A stretch of 55,356 bases of DNA, from the NCBI GenBank assembly GCA_049663805.1, contig JBATEB010000195.1, positions 1 to 55,356 on the forward strand, in the 5' to 3' direction. The notes beneath the pieces were generated by a model. The model had not been told where the DNA came from and ran no database searches. It saw only the letters and a list, made by a program, of their open reading frames with translations. A program made the position numbers and the translations under genes. Source of the stretch: Burkholderiales bacterium. Its GTDB lineage: Bacteria; Pseudomonadota; Gammaproteobacteria; Burkholderiales; SG8-39. Shown here piece by piece: positions 17,969 to 27,720 of this stretch; position 1 is the stretch's first letter, and each line of letters starts with the position of its first letter.

Positions 17969-19234
17969 ATGAGCGAAAAGACCGGTGGCGAGAAACTCCT
18001 CTACTGCTCCTTCTGCGGCAAGAGCCAGCATGAGGTGAGGAAGCTCATCGCCGGCCCGTCGGTGTTCATTTGCGATGAATGCATCGAACTCTGCAACGAC
18101 ATCATCCGCGAGGAAAGCGCGACGGACAAGGGCGGCAAGCCGACGAAGTCCGATCTGCCGACTCCGCGCGAGATCTGCGGGATACTCGACGAGTACGTGA
18201 TCGGCCAGGAACTCGCGAAGAAGATTCTCTCGGTCGCGGTGTACAACCATTACAAGCGGCTCAAGCACCTGTCGAAGAACGACGAAATCGAGCTCGCGAA
18301 ATCCAACATCCTGCTCGTCGGCCCGACGGGATCGGGCAAGACCCTGCTCGCGCAGACGATGGCCCGTTTGCTCAACGTGCCGTTCGTGATCGCCGACGCG
18401 ACGACTCTGACCGAAGCGGGTTATGTCGGCGAGGATGTCGAGAACATCATCCAGAAGCTCCTTCAGAATTGCGATTACGACGTCGACAAGGCCAAGCGCG
18501 GCATCGTATACATCGACGAGATCGACAAGATCTCGCGCAAGTCCGACAACCCTTCGATTACGCGGGACGTGTCGGGCGAGGGCGTGCAGCAGGCCCTGCT
18601 CAAGCTGATTGAAGGCACGATCGCTTCGGTTCCCCCGCAGGGTGGTCGCAAGCATCCGAATCAGGATTTCGTGCAAGTCGACACGACGAACATTCTCTTC
18701 ATTTGCGGCGGAGCATTCGACGGACTGGAGAAGATCATTCGGGGCCGCTCCGAGAAGAGCGGCATCGGTTTTGGCGCGGACGTGCGCAGTCTCAAGAACG
18801 GCAAGGATATCAGCGAGGTACTGCGCACGGTCGAGCCGGAGGACCTCATCAAGTACGGCTTGATCCCGGAGTTCGTCGGCAGACTCCCCGTCGTGGCGAC
18901 GCTGGAGGAACTCGACGAGCACGCGCTGATCCAGATCCTGACCGAGCCGAAGAACGCCCTGATCAAGCAGTACCAGAAGCTGTTCGGCATGGAAGGCGTG
19001 GATCTCGAGGTGCGGCCTCAGGCACTGCACGCGATCGCGAAGAAGGCCTTGGCGCGAAAGACGGGCGCGCGCGGTCTGCGCTCGATCCTGGAGCAGGTGC
19101 TGCTGGACATCATGTTCGAGCTGCCGACACTGGAGAACGTGAGCAAGGTCGTGGTGGACGAAAACACCATCGTCAGCGAAGGCAAGCCGCTGCTTATCTA
19201 CACCGAGCCGCCGAAGGTGGCGGGAACGGCGTGA
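17969..19234 (+). CDS. clpX: ATP-dependent Clp protease ATP-binding subunit ClpX
   Basis: Contains [39 protein letters not shown] (zinc-binding domain), a Walker A (GPTGSGKT) and a Walker B (IVYIDEIDK). An alternative GTG start at 17951 overlaps the clpP stop. Confidence 0.95.
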   Translation: MSEKTGGEKLLYCSFCGKSQHEVRKLIAGPSVFICDECIELCNDIIREESATDKGGKPTKSDLPTPREICGILDEYVIGQELAKKILSVAVYNHYKRLKHLSKNDEIELAKSNILLVGPTGSGKTLLAQTMARLLNVPFVIADATTLTEAGYVGEDVENIIQKLLQNCDYDVDKAKRGIVYIDEIDKISRKSDNPSITRDVSGEGVQQALLKLIEGTIASVPPQGGRKHPNQDFVQVDTTNILFICGGAFDGLEKIIRGRSEKSGIGFGADVRSLKNGKDISEVLRTVEPEDLIKYGLIPEFVGRLPVVATLEELDEHALIQILTEPKNALIKQYQKLFGMEGVDLEVRPQALHAIAKKALARKTGARGLRSILEQVLLDIMFELPTLENVSKVVVDENTIVSEGKPLLIYTEPPKVAGTA

Positions 19235-19264
19235 GAAGGTCCGCGTCCTCGGGCGAGGGCGCGG

Positions 19265-19292
19265 CTTGAAGCGGGGCGTATCGCCCCAAGGT
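19265..19292 (+). promoter_or_regulatory. Sigma32 (RpoH)-type heat-shock promoter upstream of lon
   Basis: CTTGAA-13 nt-CCCCAAGGT. This is the same -35/spacer/-10 geometry as the E. coli lon heat-shock promoter (TTGAAT-N13-CCCCATAT). It lies about 30 nt upstream of the lon ATG. Confidence 0.5.
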
Positions 19293-19322
19293 AGTTGCTG
19301 ATCTTTCTTTTCCGGGAACGCC

Positions 19323-21731
19323 ATGGCAGACGACTCCGTAGCCGCAACCAGCCAGTATCCGCTGCTTCCACTGCGGGACGTGGTCGTGTTCCCGCACATG
19401 GTGATACCCCTGTTCGTCGGTCGGCCGAAGTCGATCAAGGCGATGGAAATGGCAATGGAGGCCGGCAAGAGCATCCTGCTGGTCGCGCAAAGGTCGGCGG
19501 CCAAGGACGAGCCGGGCGCGGAGGATCTCTACAAGATCGGGTGCATTTCCAGCATTCTTCAGATGCTGAAGCTGCCCGACGGGACGGTCAAGGTGCTGGT
19601 CGAGGGCAGCCAGCGCGCTCGCATACACCGTATCGACGACCTGAAGACCCACTACGCGGCCGACGCCGTGGCGGTGCCGGCCGACGCAGGGGATGTCACC
19701 GAGATCGAGGCGATGCGCCGGGCCCTGATCGCGCAGTTCGACCAGTATGTCAAGCTGAACAAGAAGATTCCGCCGGAGATCCTCACCTCCCTCGCCGGCA
19801 TCGAGGAGGCGGGCCGGCTGGCCGATACGATCGCGGCGCACCTGCCCCTCAAGCTGGAACAGAAACAGCAGGTGCTCGAGATGTTCGAGGTCAAGGCGCG
19901 GCTCGAACACCTGCTCTCCCAGCTCGAAGCCGAGATCGACATTCTTCAGGTTGAGAAGCGCATCCGGGGCCGCGTGAAGCGGCAGATGGAGAAGAGTCAG
20001 CGGGAGTACTACCTGAATGAGCAGGTGAAAGCGATCCAGAAAGAGCTCGGCGAAGGCGAAGACGGCGCCGATCTGGAGGAAATGGAGAAACGCGTCAAGG
20101 CCGCGCGAATGCCCAAAGAGGCGCGCAAGAAGGCCGAAGCCGAGTTGAAGAAGCTTCGCCTGATGTCCCCGATGTCCGCTGAGGCGACCGTCGTCCGGAA
20201 CTACATCGAGACGCTGGTGAATCTGCCTTGGAGAAAACGCAGCAAGATCTCGCGCGATATCGCCGCCGCGGAGAAGGTCCTGGACGCCGACCACTACGGA
20301 CTGGAGAAGGTCAAGGAACGCATCGTCGAGTACCTCGCGGTGCAAAGCCGGGTGGACAAGGTCAAGGCGCCGATTCTCTGCCTCGTAGGCGCTCCGGGCG
20401 TCGGCAAGACCTCGCTCGGGCAGTCGTTGGCCCGTGCCACCAATCGAAAATTCGTTCGCATGTCGCTCGGAGGAGTGCGCGACGAAGCCGAGATCCGCGG
20501 ACACCGTCGCACCTATATCGGGTCGATGCCCGGGAAAATCCTCCAGAATATGGCGCGCGTGGGCGTGCGCAATCCCCTGTTCCTGCTGGACGAGGTCGAC
20601 AAGATGGGGATGGATTTCAGAGGCGACCCGTCATCGGCGCTTCTCGAGGTGCTGGATCCGGAGCAGAACCATACCTTCACCGACCACTATGTCGAGGTCG
20701 AGTACGATCTTTCCGAGATCATGTTCGTTGCGACGGCGAACACTCTGAACATTCCGCCCGCGCTGCTCGACCGGATGGAGGTCATAAGGATCTCCGGGTA
20801 TACCGAGGACGAGAAGGTGAATATCGCCTCGCGCTACCTCCTGCCCAAGCAGCTCAAGAACAATGGACTCAAGAAGGAAGAGGTGTCGGTGTCGGAAGCC
20901 GCCCTCCGCGACATTATTCGCTACTACACGCGTGAGGCCGGCGTGCGCAGCCTCGAGCGCGAGATCTCCAAGATCTGCCGCAAGGTGGTGAAGCTTCTGG
21001 TGACCAAGGACAAGGAGAAGAAAGTCCTGGTGACCCCGAAGAATCTGGACAAGTTTCTCGGCGTGCGCCGCTTTACCTACGGGATCGCGGAGAAGACGAA
21101 TCAGGTGGGACAAGTCACCGGCCTCGCGTGGACCGAGGTGGGAGGCGAGCTTCTCACCATCGAAGCGGTGACCATGCCCGGCAAGGGCAAGACCATTACG
21201 ACGGGAAAGCTGGGAGAGGTGATGCAGGAATCGATCCAGGCGGCGCTGAGCGTCGTTCGGAATCGTTCGTCCAAGCTCGGGGTCGCGGAAGACTTCTATC
21301 AGAAGAACGATATTCATATCCATCTTCCCGAGGGCGCGACGCCCAAGGATGGTCCGAGCGCGGGTATCGGAATCTGCACCGCAATGGTGTCGGTGCTGAC
21401 CGGAATCCCGGTCCGGGCCGACATGGCCATGACCGGAGAAATCACTCTCCGAGGGGAAGTGCTGGTGATCGGCGGGCTGAAAGAGAAGCTGCTCGCCGCC
21501 CATCGCGGTGGCATCAAGACCGTGCTCATTCCGGAGGAAAACGTGAAGGATCTGGCAGAAATCCCCGACAACATCAAGAATCGACTGGACATTGTTCCGG
21601 TGAAATGGATGGACCAGGTGCTCGAACTGGCTCTCGAGCGGCAGCCGGAGCCGCGCAAGCCCGCGTCCGACGTTGCTCCGATTCCCCCGGTCGCCGACGG
21701 CCAGACATCTTCTACGGTGATCACTCACTGA
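19323..21731 (+). CDS. lon: Lon protease (endopeptidase La)
   Basis: 802 aa. It has an N-terminal LON domain, a Walker A ([13 protein letters not shown]), a Walker B (FLLDEVDK) and a proteolytic Ser motif (PKDGPSAGI). Confidence 0.97.
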   Translation: MADDSVAATSQYPLLPLRDVVVFPHMVIPLFVGRPKSIKAMEMAMEAGKSILLVAQRSAAKDEPGAEDLYKIGCISSILQMLKLPDGTVKVLVEGSQRARIHRIDDLKTHYAADAVAVPADAGDVTEIEAMRRALIAQFDQYVKLNKKIPPEILTSLAGIEEAGRLADTIAAHLPLKLEQKQQVLEMFEVKARLEHLLSQLEAEIDILQVEKRIRGRVKRQMEKSQREYYLNEQVKAIQKELGEGEDGADLEEMEKRVKAARMPKEARKKAEAELKKLRLMSPMSAEATVVRNYIETLVNLPWRKRSKISRDIAAAEKVLDADHYGLEKVKERIVEYLAVQSRVDKVKAPILCLVGAPGVGKTSLGQSLARATNRKFVRMSLGGVRDEAEIRGHRRTYIGSMPGKILQNMARVGVRNPLFLLDEVDKMGMDFRGDPSSALLEVLDPEQNHTFTDHYVEVEYDLSEIMFVATANTLNIPPALLDRMEVIRISGYTEDEKVNIASRYLLPKQLKNNGLKKEEVSVSEAALRDIIRYYTREAGVRSLEREISKICRKVVKLLVTKDKEKKVLVTPKNLDKFLGVRRFTYGIAEKTNQVGQVTGLAWTEVGGELLTIEAVTMPGKGKTITTGKLGEVMQESIQAALSVVRNRSSKLGVAEDFYQKNDIHIHLPEGATPKDGPSAGIGICTAMVSVLTGIPVRADMAMTGEITLRGEVLVIGGLKEKLLAAHRGGIKTVLIPEENVKDLAEIPDNIKNRLDIVPVKWMDQVLELALERQPEPRKPASDVAPIPPVADGQTSSTVITH

Positions 21732-21850
21732 GTTGCTGCGACGCGGGGCAATGGCGGCCACCCGATCCCGAGAGTGGCGTCCCGGTTCCACCCGCCGCGC
21801 GACAGCCTTTCTTGTCTTCGAGAAAATCTCCTCGCAAGCGCCGTTAGCGC

Positions 21851-21880
21851 TTGACACGACGAGTTCGCGGTTGCTATAAA
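21851..21880 (+). promoter_or_regulatory. Near-consensus sigma70 promoter in the lon-hupB spacer
   Basis: TTGACA (21851-21856), an 18-nt spacer, then TATAAA (21875-21880). It lies 208 nt upstream of the hupB ATG. Confidence 0.55.
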
Positions 21881-21945
21881 TTGCGCACGGAGCGTGCGCG
21901 CTACCGCTTCCGTTCTCAAGAAAGAAAGTCAACCGCGGAATAAGC

Positions 21946-21999
21946 AAAGCCCGGTTTCATCGAAGCCGCATCCGCTGGAGTCGCGGCAGACCGGGTTTT
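21946..21999 (+). terminator. Terminator-like compound hairpin (A-tract / stem / T-tract)
   Basis: The outer stem is AAAGCCCGGT ... ACCGGGTTTT. An inner stem is GCCGCA/TGCGGC. The 3' arm runs into TTTT (21996-21999). Confidence 0.4.
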
Positions 22000-22087
22000 G
22001 CTGAGTCCACGGTCGTGGCCCGGCCGGGAGGCGGGGTGCGCCTGTCGATCATAAATTCCGTCACCAACCGATCCTCAAGGGGGCCTC

Positions 22088-22360
22088 ATGAACAAGCTGG
22101 AAATCATCGATCACATCGCAAAATCCGCCGATATTTCCAAGGCCGCCGCCGGTCGTTCGCTCGATGCCGCCGTCTCCGCGATAAAGACGGCGATGAAAAA
22201 GGGCGGTATGGTCACGCTGGTGGGATTCGGCACGTTTTACGTCGGCAGACGTGCGGCGCGCACAGGGCGCAATCCGCGCACCGGAGTCGAAATCAGCATC
22301 AAAGCGGCGAGAGTCCCCAAGTTCCGCGCTGGCAAGGCACTGAAGGATGCAGTAAACTAG
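22088..22360 (+). CDS. hupB: DNA-binding protein HU-beta
   Basis: 90 aa. Contains [11 protein letters not shown]...[44 protein letters not shown]. Confidence 0.95.
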   Translation: MNKLEIIDHIAKSADISKAAAGRSLDAAVSAIKTAMKKGGMVTLVGFGTFYVGRRAARTGRNPRTGVEISIKAARVPKFRAGKALKDAVN

Positions 22361-22408
22361 CGGCCCTTCCCGAACCAGCTTATCCGCCTCCGACGGGTGG
22401 CGAAGAAG

Positions 22409-22484
22409 GGGTGCTTAGCTCAGCTGGTAGAGCGTCGCCCTTACAAGGCGAATGTCGGCGGTTCGATCCCGTCAGCACCCACCA
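22409..22484 (+). tRNA. tRNA-Val (anticodon TAC)
   Basis: Acceptor is GGGTGCT/AGCACCC. D-arm is GCTC-AGCTGGTA-GAGC. Anticodon arm is TCGCC-CTTACAA-GGCGA. T-loop is TTCGATC. CCA is encoded. Confidence 0.92.
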
Positions 22485-22548
22485 GAGCGTCCAGTCGTGC
22501 CAGGCGCGCGCGCCGGAACGCTGAGACGGAAGTGGAAAGGTCATACGT

Positions 22549-22625
22549 GGAGCGGTAGTTCAGCTGGTTAGAATACCGGCCTGTCACGCCGGGGGTCGCG
22601 GGTTCGAGTCCCGTCCGCTCCGCCA
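22549..22625 (+). tRNA. tRNA-Asp (anticodon GTC)
   Basis: Acceptor is GGAGCGG/CCGCTCC. Anticodon arm is CCGGC-CTGTCAC-GCCGG. T-loop is TTCGAGT. CCA is encoded. Confidence 0.92.
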
Positions 22626-22639
22626 GCATCGAAGGTCCA

Positions 22640-22664
22640 GGGCGCCTGGTGCGCCCGTTTTCTT
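22640..22664 (+). terminator. Rho-independent terminator after tRNA-Asp
   Basis: GGGCGC-CTGGT-GCGCCC followed by GTTTTCTT. It ends 10 nt before the ppiD ATG. Confidence 0.65.
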
Positions 22665-22673
22665 GAGATAAAC

Positions 22674-24569
22674 ATGTTCAATTTCGTCACCAAGCACAAG
22701 CGGCTTCTCCAGGTGGTCCTCGCGCTGATGATCGTCCCGCCGTTTGCGTTCTGGGGGATACAGTGGACTCAGCGCGACGTGGCGAACCAGCGCGATGTCG
22801 CCAGCGTCGGCGGTCAGAAAGTCTCGGAGCAGGAGTTTTCAGAAGCCCTCCGCCAGCAGCAGGACAGGCTGCGCGGCATGCTCGGGCAGAATTTCGATCC
22901 GGCGCTGCTCGATTCGCCCAGGATGCGACTGGAGCTGATCGAGGGCATGATTTCGCAGCGCCTGCTCATGCAGTTCGCCGTGCGCAGGCACATGGCCGTT
23001 TCCAATGAGTCGCTCGTCGAGACGACCAGGGCGATTCCGGCCTTTCAGGTGGACGGAAGGTTTTCGCGGCAACGCTACGACGACCTGCTTCGGAACGAGA
23101 GGATGACTCCGGAGGCGTTCGACGCGGCGCTGCGCCGGGATTTGCTGGTGCAGCAGCTGTCCGGAGCGTTGGCCGAATCGGGACTCGCATCGAGGGCCGC
23201 TTCGCGCCAGCTCGCGCGGATCCGCGCCCAGCAGCGGGAAATCGCGGAGTATCAATTTCGCGCCGCTACCCGGACCGCAAAGTCGGGGATCGGGGCCGAA
23301 GCGATTCGTGCGTTCTACGACGGCAACCCTTCGCGCTTCCAGGTGCCGGAAGAGGTGGACGTCGATTACCTCGTGCTGAACGCGGATGCCCTGCTTTCTT
23401 CCGAACGCGTGAATGCCGAGGAAGTCAGGGGATTCTACGAGGCGAACGCCGCCCGGTTCGGGGAACCGGAGCAGCGCCGCGCCAGCCATATCCTGATAGG
23501 AGTCAGGAGCGGGGCGAGCGACGCGGACAAGACGAAAGCGAGGAACCGAGCGGCGGGGATCCTCGCGGAGGTCCGCAAGTCGCCGGGCAGGTTTGCCGAA
23601 CTGGCAAAGCAGAATTCCTCCGATGCTGGGTCCGCCTCCAGGGGCGGGGATCTCGGGTACTTTTCCCGGGGCATGATGGTGCAAGCCTTCGAGGAGGCGG
23701 CGTTTCGCCTCAAGCTGAACGAGGTCAGTGACCTGGTCGAGTCGGATTTCGGTTTCCATATCATCAGGATCACGGGGATCAAACCGGGAAAGATGAAGAG
23801 TCTCGCCGAGGCGCGACCTGAAATCGAGAGCGAGCTGAAAAAGCAGCGGGCGGGAAGACGCTTTGCGGAGGCCGCCGAGACGTTCAGCAACCTCGTATAT
23901 GAGCAAGCCGATTCGCTCAAGCCCGCGGCTGAGAAATTCGGCCTGACGATTCAGCGCGCCGCGGGCCTCACCCGTGAGACCGCGCCGGTTCCGGCGCTCA
24001 ATAAGCCCAAGGTGCTGGCCGCGCTGTTCGGCGAGGATGCGATCAAGAACCGGCGCAATACGGACGCCGTTGAAACGGCACCGGGCGTCCTGGTGTCGGC
24101 GCGGATCGTGAATCACCGACTGCCGGTCCAACGCCCGTTCGATCAGGTGCAGGAAGGCATAGCGAGGCAGCTGGCGCAGCAGGAAGCGCTTGCCCTGGCG
24201 AGGAAGCAGGGCAGCGAGCGTCTCGAAGAGTTGAAAAAGGGCGATGCAGGCTCAGTCCGCTTCGGACCGGCCAGGCTTGTCAGCAGGGACAATCCCCAGG
24301 ACTTGAGCGCAGAGGCCCTGTCGCGGATCTTCGGGGCCGACGGTTCGAAATTGCCGTCGTACGCGGGCGTGGAGACGCGTGAGGGCTACACGATCTACCG
24401 CATCAGCCGGGTCGTCGATCCGGAGCCGGACGAAGCGCGCCAGCGCAGCGTGCAAAGCGAGCTCGGGCGAGCGAACGGCTCCCTGGAATTCAAGGCGTTC
24501 CTCGACGGACTTCGCGCCGATGCCAGCGTCGATATCAACAAGGAATATCTGGAGAAGAAGCAGCAATAG
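22674..24569 (+). CDS. ppiD: Periplasmic chaperone / peptidyl-prolyl isomerase PpiD
   Basis: 631 aa. It has an N-terminal anchor (LLQVVLALMIVPPFAFWGI) and a parvulin domain (ASHILI...GGDLGYFSRGMMVQAFEEAAF...SDFGFHII). Its position after lon-hupB matches E. coli. Confidence 0.9.
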   Translation: MFNFVTKHKRLLQVVLALMIVPPFAFWGIQWTQRDVANQRDVASVGGQKVSEQEFSEALRQQQDRLRGMLGQNFDPALLDSPRMRLELIEGMISQRLLMQFAVRRHMAVSNESLVETTRAIPAFQVDGRFSRQRYDDLLRNERMTPEAFDAALRRDLLVQQLSGALAESGLASRAASRQLARIRAQQREIAEYQFRAATRTAKSGIGAEAIRAFYDGNPSRFQVPEEVDVDYLVLNADALLSSERVNAEEVRGFYEANAARFGEPEQRRASHILIGVRSGASDADKTKARNRAAGILAEVRKSPGRFAELAKQNSSDAGSASRGGDLGYFSRGMMVQAFEEAAFRLKLNEVSDLVESDFGFHIIRITGIKPGKMKSLAEARPEIESELKKQRAGRRFAEAAETFSNLVYEQADSLKPAAEKFGLTIQRAAGLTRETAPVPALNKPKVLAALFGEDAIKNRRNTDAVETAPGVLVSARIVNHRLPVQRPFDQVQEGIARQLAQQEALALARKQGSERLEELKKGDAGSVRFGPARLVSRDNPQDLSAEALSRIFGADGSKLPSYAGVETREGYTIYRISRVVDPEPDEARQRSVQSELGRANGSLEFKAFLDGLRADASVDINKEYLEKKQQ

Positions 24570-24611
24570 CCCCGCGGAGGCCGAAGAACGGCGCCGCGGC
24601 GCTCCCGCGGG

Positions 24612-25424
24612 TCAGTCCCCGGTACCACCCGCCGGGATCCCCCCCATCACGGTGTTGAAGCCGGCGTCCGCGTAGACGATCTCCCCGGTCACTGCGGCTG
24701 CCAGATCGGACAGGAGGAACGCCGCCACGTTGCCGACCTCCTCGGTGGTGACGTTGCGCTGAAGGGGCGCGTTTTCCTCGACGTACCTGAGGATTTTCCC
24801 GAAACCGGATATGCCGCTCGCTGCCACCGTCCTGATCGGTCCTGCCGAGACGGCGTTGACGCGAATGCCCTTCGGTCCGAGGCTGGCGGCCAGATAGCGC
24901 ACGCTCGCCTCGAGGCTCGCTTTGGCAAGCCCCATGGTGTTGTAGTTGGGCACCACCCGTTCGGCGCCGAGGTAGGTGAGCGTGACGAGTGCCGCGCTTT
25001 TCCCTTCGCGCGGCCGCTGCATGAGGGGCAGGGCCGCCTTGGCGAGCGCCGCGAAGCTGTAGCTGCTGACGTCGTGCGCGATGCGGAACCCTTCGCGGGA
25101 CAGGCCCTCGAGGAAATCGCCCGCAATGGCCTCGCGCGGCGCGAACGCGATCGCGTGGACCAATCCGTCGAGCGCGCTCCAGCTTTTCCGGATGTCGGTG
25201 AAGAGGGCGGCGATCTCGGAGTCGTTCGCGACGTCGCAGCAAAACGAAAGGCTGCTCCCGAGCTCGGCCGCCGTTTGTTCCACCCGTTCCCTGAAGCGCT
25301 CGCTCTGATAGGTAAACGCGAGCTCCGCTCCCTCGCGCCGCGCGGCCTTGGCGACGCCATAGGCGATAGAACGGTTGGAAAGCAGGCCGGTGATCAGGAT
25401 GCGCTTGCCCGCGAGAAAACCCAT
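24612..25424 (-). CDS. fabI: Enoyl-[acyl-carrier-protein] reductase (NADH)
   Basis: Contains [27 protein letters not shown], catalytic Y/K motifs ([27 protein letters not shown]) and [12 protein letters not shown]. Confidence 0.95.
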   Translation of the reverse strand: MGFLAGKRILITGLLSNRSIAYGVAKAARREGAELAFTYQSERFRERVEQTAAELGSSLSFCCDVANDSEIAALFTDIRKSWSALDGLVHAIAFAPREAIAGDFLEGLSREGFRIAHDVSSYSFAALAKAALPLMQRPREGKSAALVTLTYLGAERVVPNYNTMGLAKASLEASVRYLAASLGPKGIRVNAVSAGPIRTVAASGISGFGKILRYVEENAPLQRNVTTEEVGNVAAFLLSDLAAAVTGEIVYADAGFNTVMGGIPAGGTGD

Positions 25425-25515
25425 GCGAATTCCCCCCGATTGCCCGGGCGATTATAGCCGATGACCTCGAGCCGCCGAATGACGCTGCGCGGAGCTTAGG
25501 CTACACTTGGCCGCC

Positions 25516-27720
25516 ATGCGGCGAATTCCATTGTTTGCGCTCCTCGCGTTCGGTATCACCGGCTGCGGGCAGGTGTGGAATGATCCGTATCCCGCGGAGG
25601 ACCGCGGCAAGAACATTCTCTACAGTTTTTTCTCCGAACGGCCCAAACACCTCGACCCGGCCCAGTCGTATACCTCGGACGAGTACGACATCATCCAGCA
25701 AATCTACGAGCCGCCGCTGCAGTACCACTACCTCAAGCGGCCTTACGAGCTGATTCCGGCCTCCGCGGCCGAGGTCCCCAGGGCCCGGTTCCTCGACGAG
25801 CGCGGCCGCGTACTTCCTGCGGACGCGAAGCGCGTCGCCTTCAGCGAGTACGACATCCGCATCCGGCCGGGGATCCTGTACCAGCCCCATCCCGCATTCG
25901 CCAGGGACGAGAAGGGCGAGCCGCTGTACCTGGCGCTGCCCGAGAGCGAGATCCGGTCGAAATATACGCTGGCCGATTTTTCCTGGACCGGCACGCGCGA
26001 GCTCACCGCCGAGGACTACGTCTACGAAATCAAGCGCCTCGCCCATCCGCGGCTGGTCTCGCCGATCTACGGTCACATGAGCGAGTACATCGTCGGCCTG
26101 AGGGACCTGGGCGAGCGCCTGAAGCGGGACAACCGGGTCCTGATCGCCGAGCATCAGAAGCGCCATGGAGCGTCGGACCGCGCCTATCCCTGGATGGATC
26201 TGAGACACTACGATCTCTCCGGGGTGAAGGTGCTGGATCGCCATACCTATCGCGTGCGCATCAAGGGGAAGTATCCCCAGTTCGTCTATTGGCTCGCGAT
26301 GCCCTTCTTCGCTCCGGTCCCGTGGGAAGCCGACCGCTTCTACGCGCAGCGCGGCATGAACGAGGGCCGCAATCTCACGCTTGACTGGTATCCGGTCGGC
26401 ACCGGCCCGTACCTGCTCGCCGAAAACGACCCGAATGCGCGCATGGTGCTTCGGGCCAATCCGAACTTTCGCGGCGAGGTTTTCCCGTCCGAGGGCGAGC
26501 CCGGCGATCTGGCTTCCGGGCTGCTCGCGAACGCGGGCAGGCGCGTGCCCTTCGTGGAGCGCATCGTGCTGACCCGCGAGAAGGAAAGCGTGCCCTTGTG
26601 GAACAAGTTCCTGCAGGGCTACTACGATAGCGCGGGGATCGGCTCGGACAACTTCGACCAGGCTGTGCGAATCAACGTCGAGGGCGGGGCGGCGCTGACG
26701 CCCGAGATGGAAAATCGCGGGATCCGCCTGCGCACTTCGGTCGCTCCGAGCACGTTCTACATGGCGTTCAACTACAACGACCCCGTCGTGGGCGGCAGGG
26801 ACGAGGAATCCCGGGAACGCGCGAGGAAGCTGCGGCAGGCGGTGTCGATCGCGATCGACTGGGAGGAATACATTTCGATCTTCGCGAACGGCCGCGGCAT
26901 TCCCGGCATGGGCCCTCTGCCGCCCGGAATTTTCGGCTATCGGGGAGACGCGCAGGGCTACAATCCCGTGGTCTACGACTGGGTGGACGGACAGCCGAAG
27001 CGCAAGCCGATTGCGGCTGCGCGCAAGCTCCTCGCAGAGGCCGGCTACCCCGAGGGCCGCGAGGCGAACACCGGGCGTCCGCTGGTGCTCTATCTCGATA
27101 CTACGGATCGCGGACCCGATGACGCGGCTCGTCTCAACTGGTATCGCAGGCAGTTCGGCAAGCTCGACGTGCAACTCGAGATTCGCTCGACCGACTGGAA
27201 CCGGTTTCAGGAAAAAGTGCGTTCGGGCAATACTCAGATGTTCTTTCTGGGCTGGAATGCCGACTACCCGGACCCCGAGAATTTCATGTTTCTGCTCTAC
27301 GGGCCGAACGGTTCCCAGGACGGGGAGAACAAGGCGCGCTACGAGAGCCCGGCATTCGACCGGCTGTTCGAGCAGATGAAGAACATGGAGAACGGTCCGC
27401 GCCGCCAGGCGCTGGTCGACCAGATGGTGAAAATCGCCCGCGAGGATGCGCCCTGGGTTTGGGGCTTCCACCCCAGGGACTACGCGCTCTCGCATGCCTG
27501 GGTGGGAATCGGCAAGCCCAACAAGATGGCGCGCAACACGCTGAAGTACGTTCGTGTCGACCCTGAGCTGCGAGATCGCCTGCGCGAGGAGTGGAACCGG
27601 CCCATGGCCTGGCCCCTGGCGGCGGTCCTCGCGCTGCTGCTCCTGGGAAGCCTTCCCGCGTACGCGAGCTACCGCCGGCGGGAGGGCAGTGCGGCAAGGA
27701 ACATCGGGTCCGCGGCGTGA
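25516..27720 (+). CDS. ABC transporter substrate-binding protein, family 5 (peptide/nickel, YejA-like), with lipobox and C-terminal hydrophobic anchor
   Basis: Contains MRRIPLFALLAFGITGC (lipobox) and an SBP_bac_5-type core (DPAQSYTSDEYDIIQQIYEPPL...). The C-terminus is AWPLAAVLALLLLGSLPAYASYRRREG. An alternative TTG start is at 25507. Confidence 0.85.
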   Translation: MRRIPLFALLAFGITGCGQVWNDPYPAEDRGKNILYSFFSERPKHLDPAQSYTSDEYDIIQQIYEPPLQYHYLKRPYELIPASAAEVPRARFLDERGRVLPADAKRVAFSEYDIRIRPGILYQPHPAFARDEKGEPLYLALPESEIRSKYTLADFSWTGTRELTAEDYVYEIKRLAHPRLVSPIYGHMSEYIVGLRDLGERLKRDNRVLIAEHQKRHGASDRAYPWMDLRHYDLSGVKVLDRHTYRVRIKGKYPQFVYWLAMPFFAPVPWEADRFYAQRGMNEGRNLTLDWYPVGTGPYLLAENDPNARMVLRANPNFRGEVFPSEGEPGDLASGLLANAGRRVPFVERIVLTREKESVPLWNKFLQGYYDSAGIGSDNFDQAVRINVEGGAALTPEMENRGIRLRTSVAPSTFYMAFNYNDPVVGGRDEESRERARKLRQAVSIAIDWEEYISIFANGRGIPGMGPLPPGIFGYRGDAQGYNPVVYDWVDGQPKRKPIAAARKLLAEAGYPEGREANTGRPLVLYLDTTDRGPDDAARLNWYRRQFGKLDVQLEIRSTDWNRFQEKVRSGNTQMFFLGWNADYPDPENFMFLLYGPNGSQDGENKARYESPAFDRLFEQMKNMENGPRRQALVDQMVKIAREDAPWVWGFHPRDYALSHAWVGIGKPNKMARNTLKYVRVDPELRDRLREEWNRPMAWPLAAVLALLLLGSLPAYASYRRREGSAARNIGSAA

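Noticed and set aside
15884-22625. tRNA genes as possible integration sites of a genomic island
   Set aside because: There is no integrase, no duplicated tRNA 3' end (att-like direct repeat) and no compositional break next to them. The flanking genes are the universally conserved tig-clpPX-lon-hupB-ppiD block.
24570-24611. GC-rich imperfect hairpin between convergent ppiD and fabI
   Set aside because: A stem of about 7 bp with a bulge is present, but no U-tract in either direction. I left it uncalled as a terminator because support is weak.
25501-27495. 664-aa antisense ORF opposite the ABC substrate-binding protein. Similar long antisense or off-frame ORFs occur at 530..1975, 8435..10015, 16006..17331, 17828..19504, 29354..31330, 36944..38551 and 45683..47542.
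   Set aside because: All of them overlap genes with clear family signatures and have Arg/Ala/Gly/Pro-dominated translations without motifs. They are the expected by-product of GC-rich codon structure.
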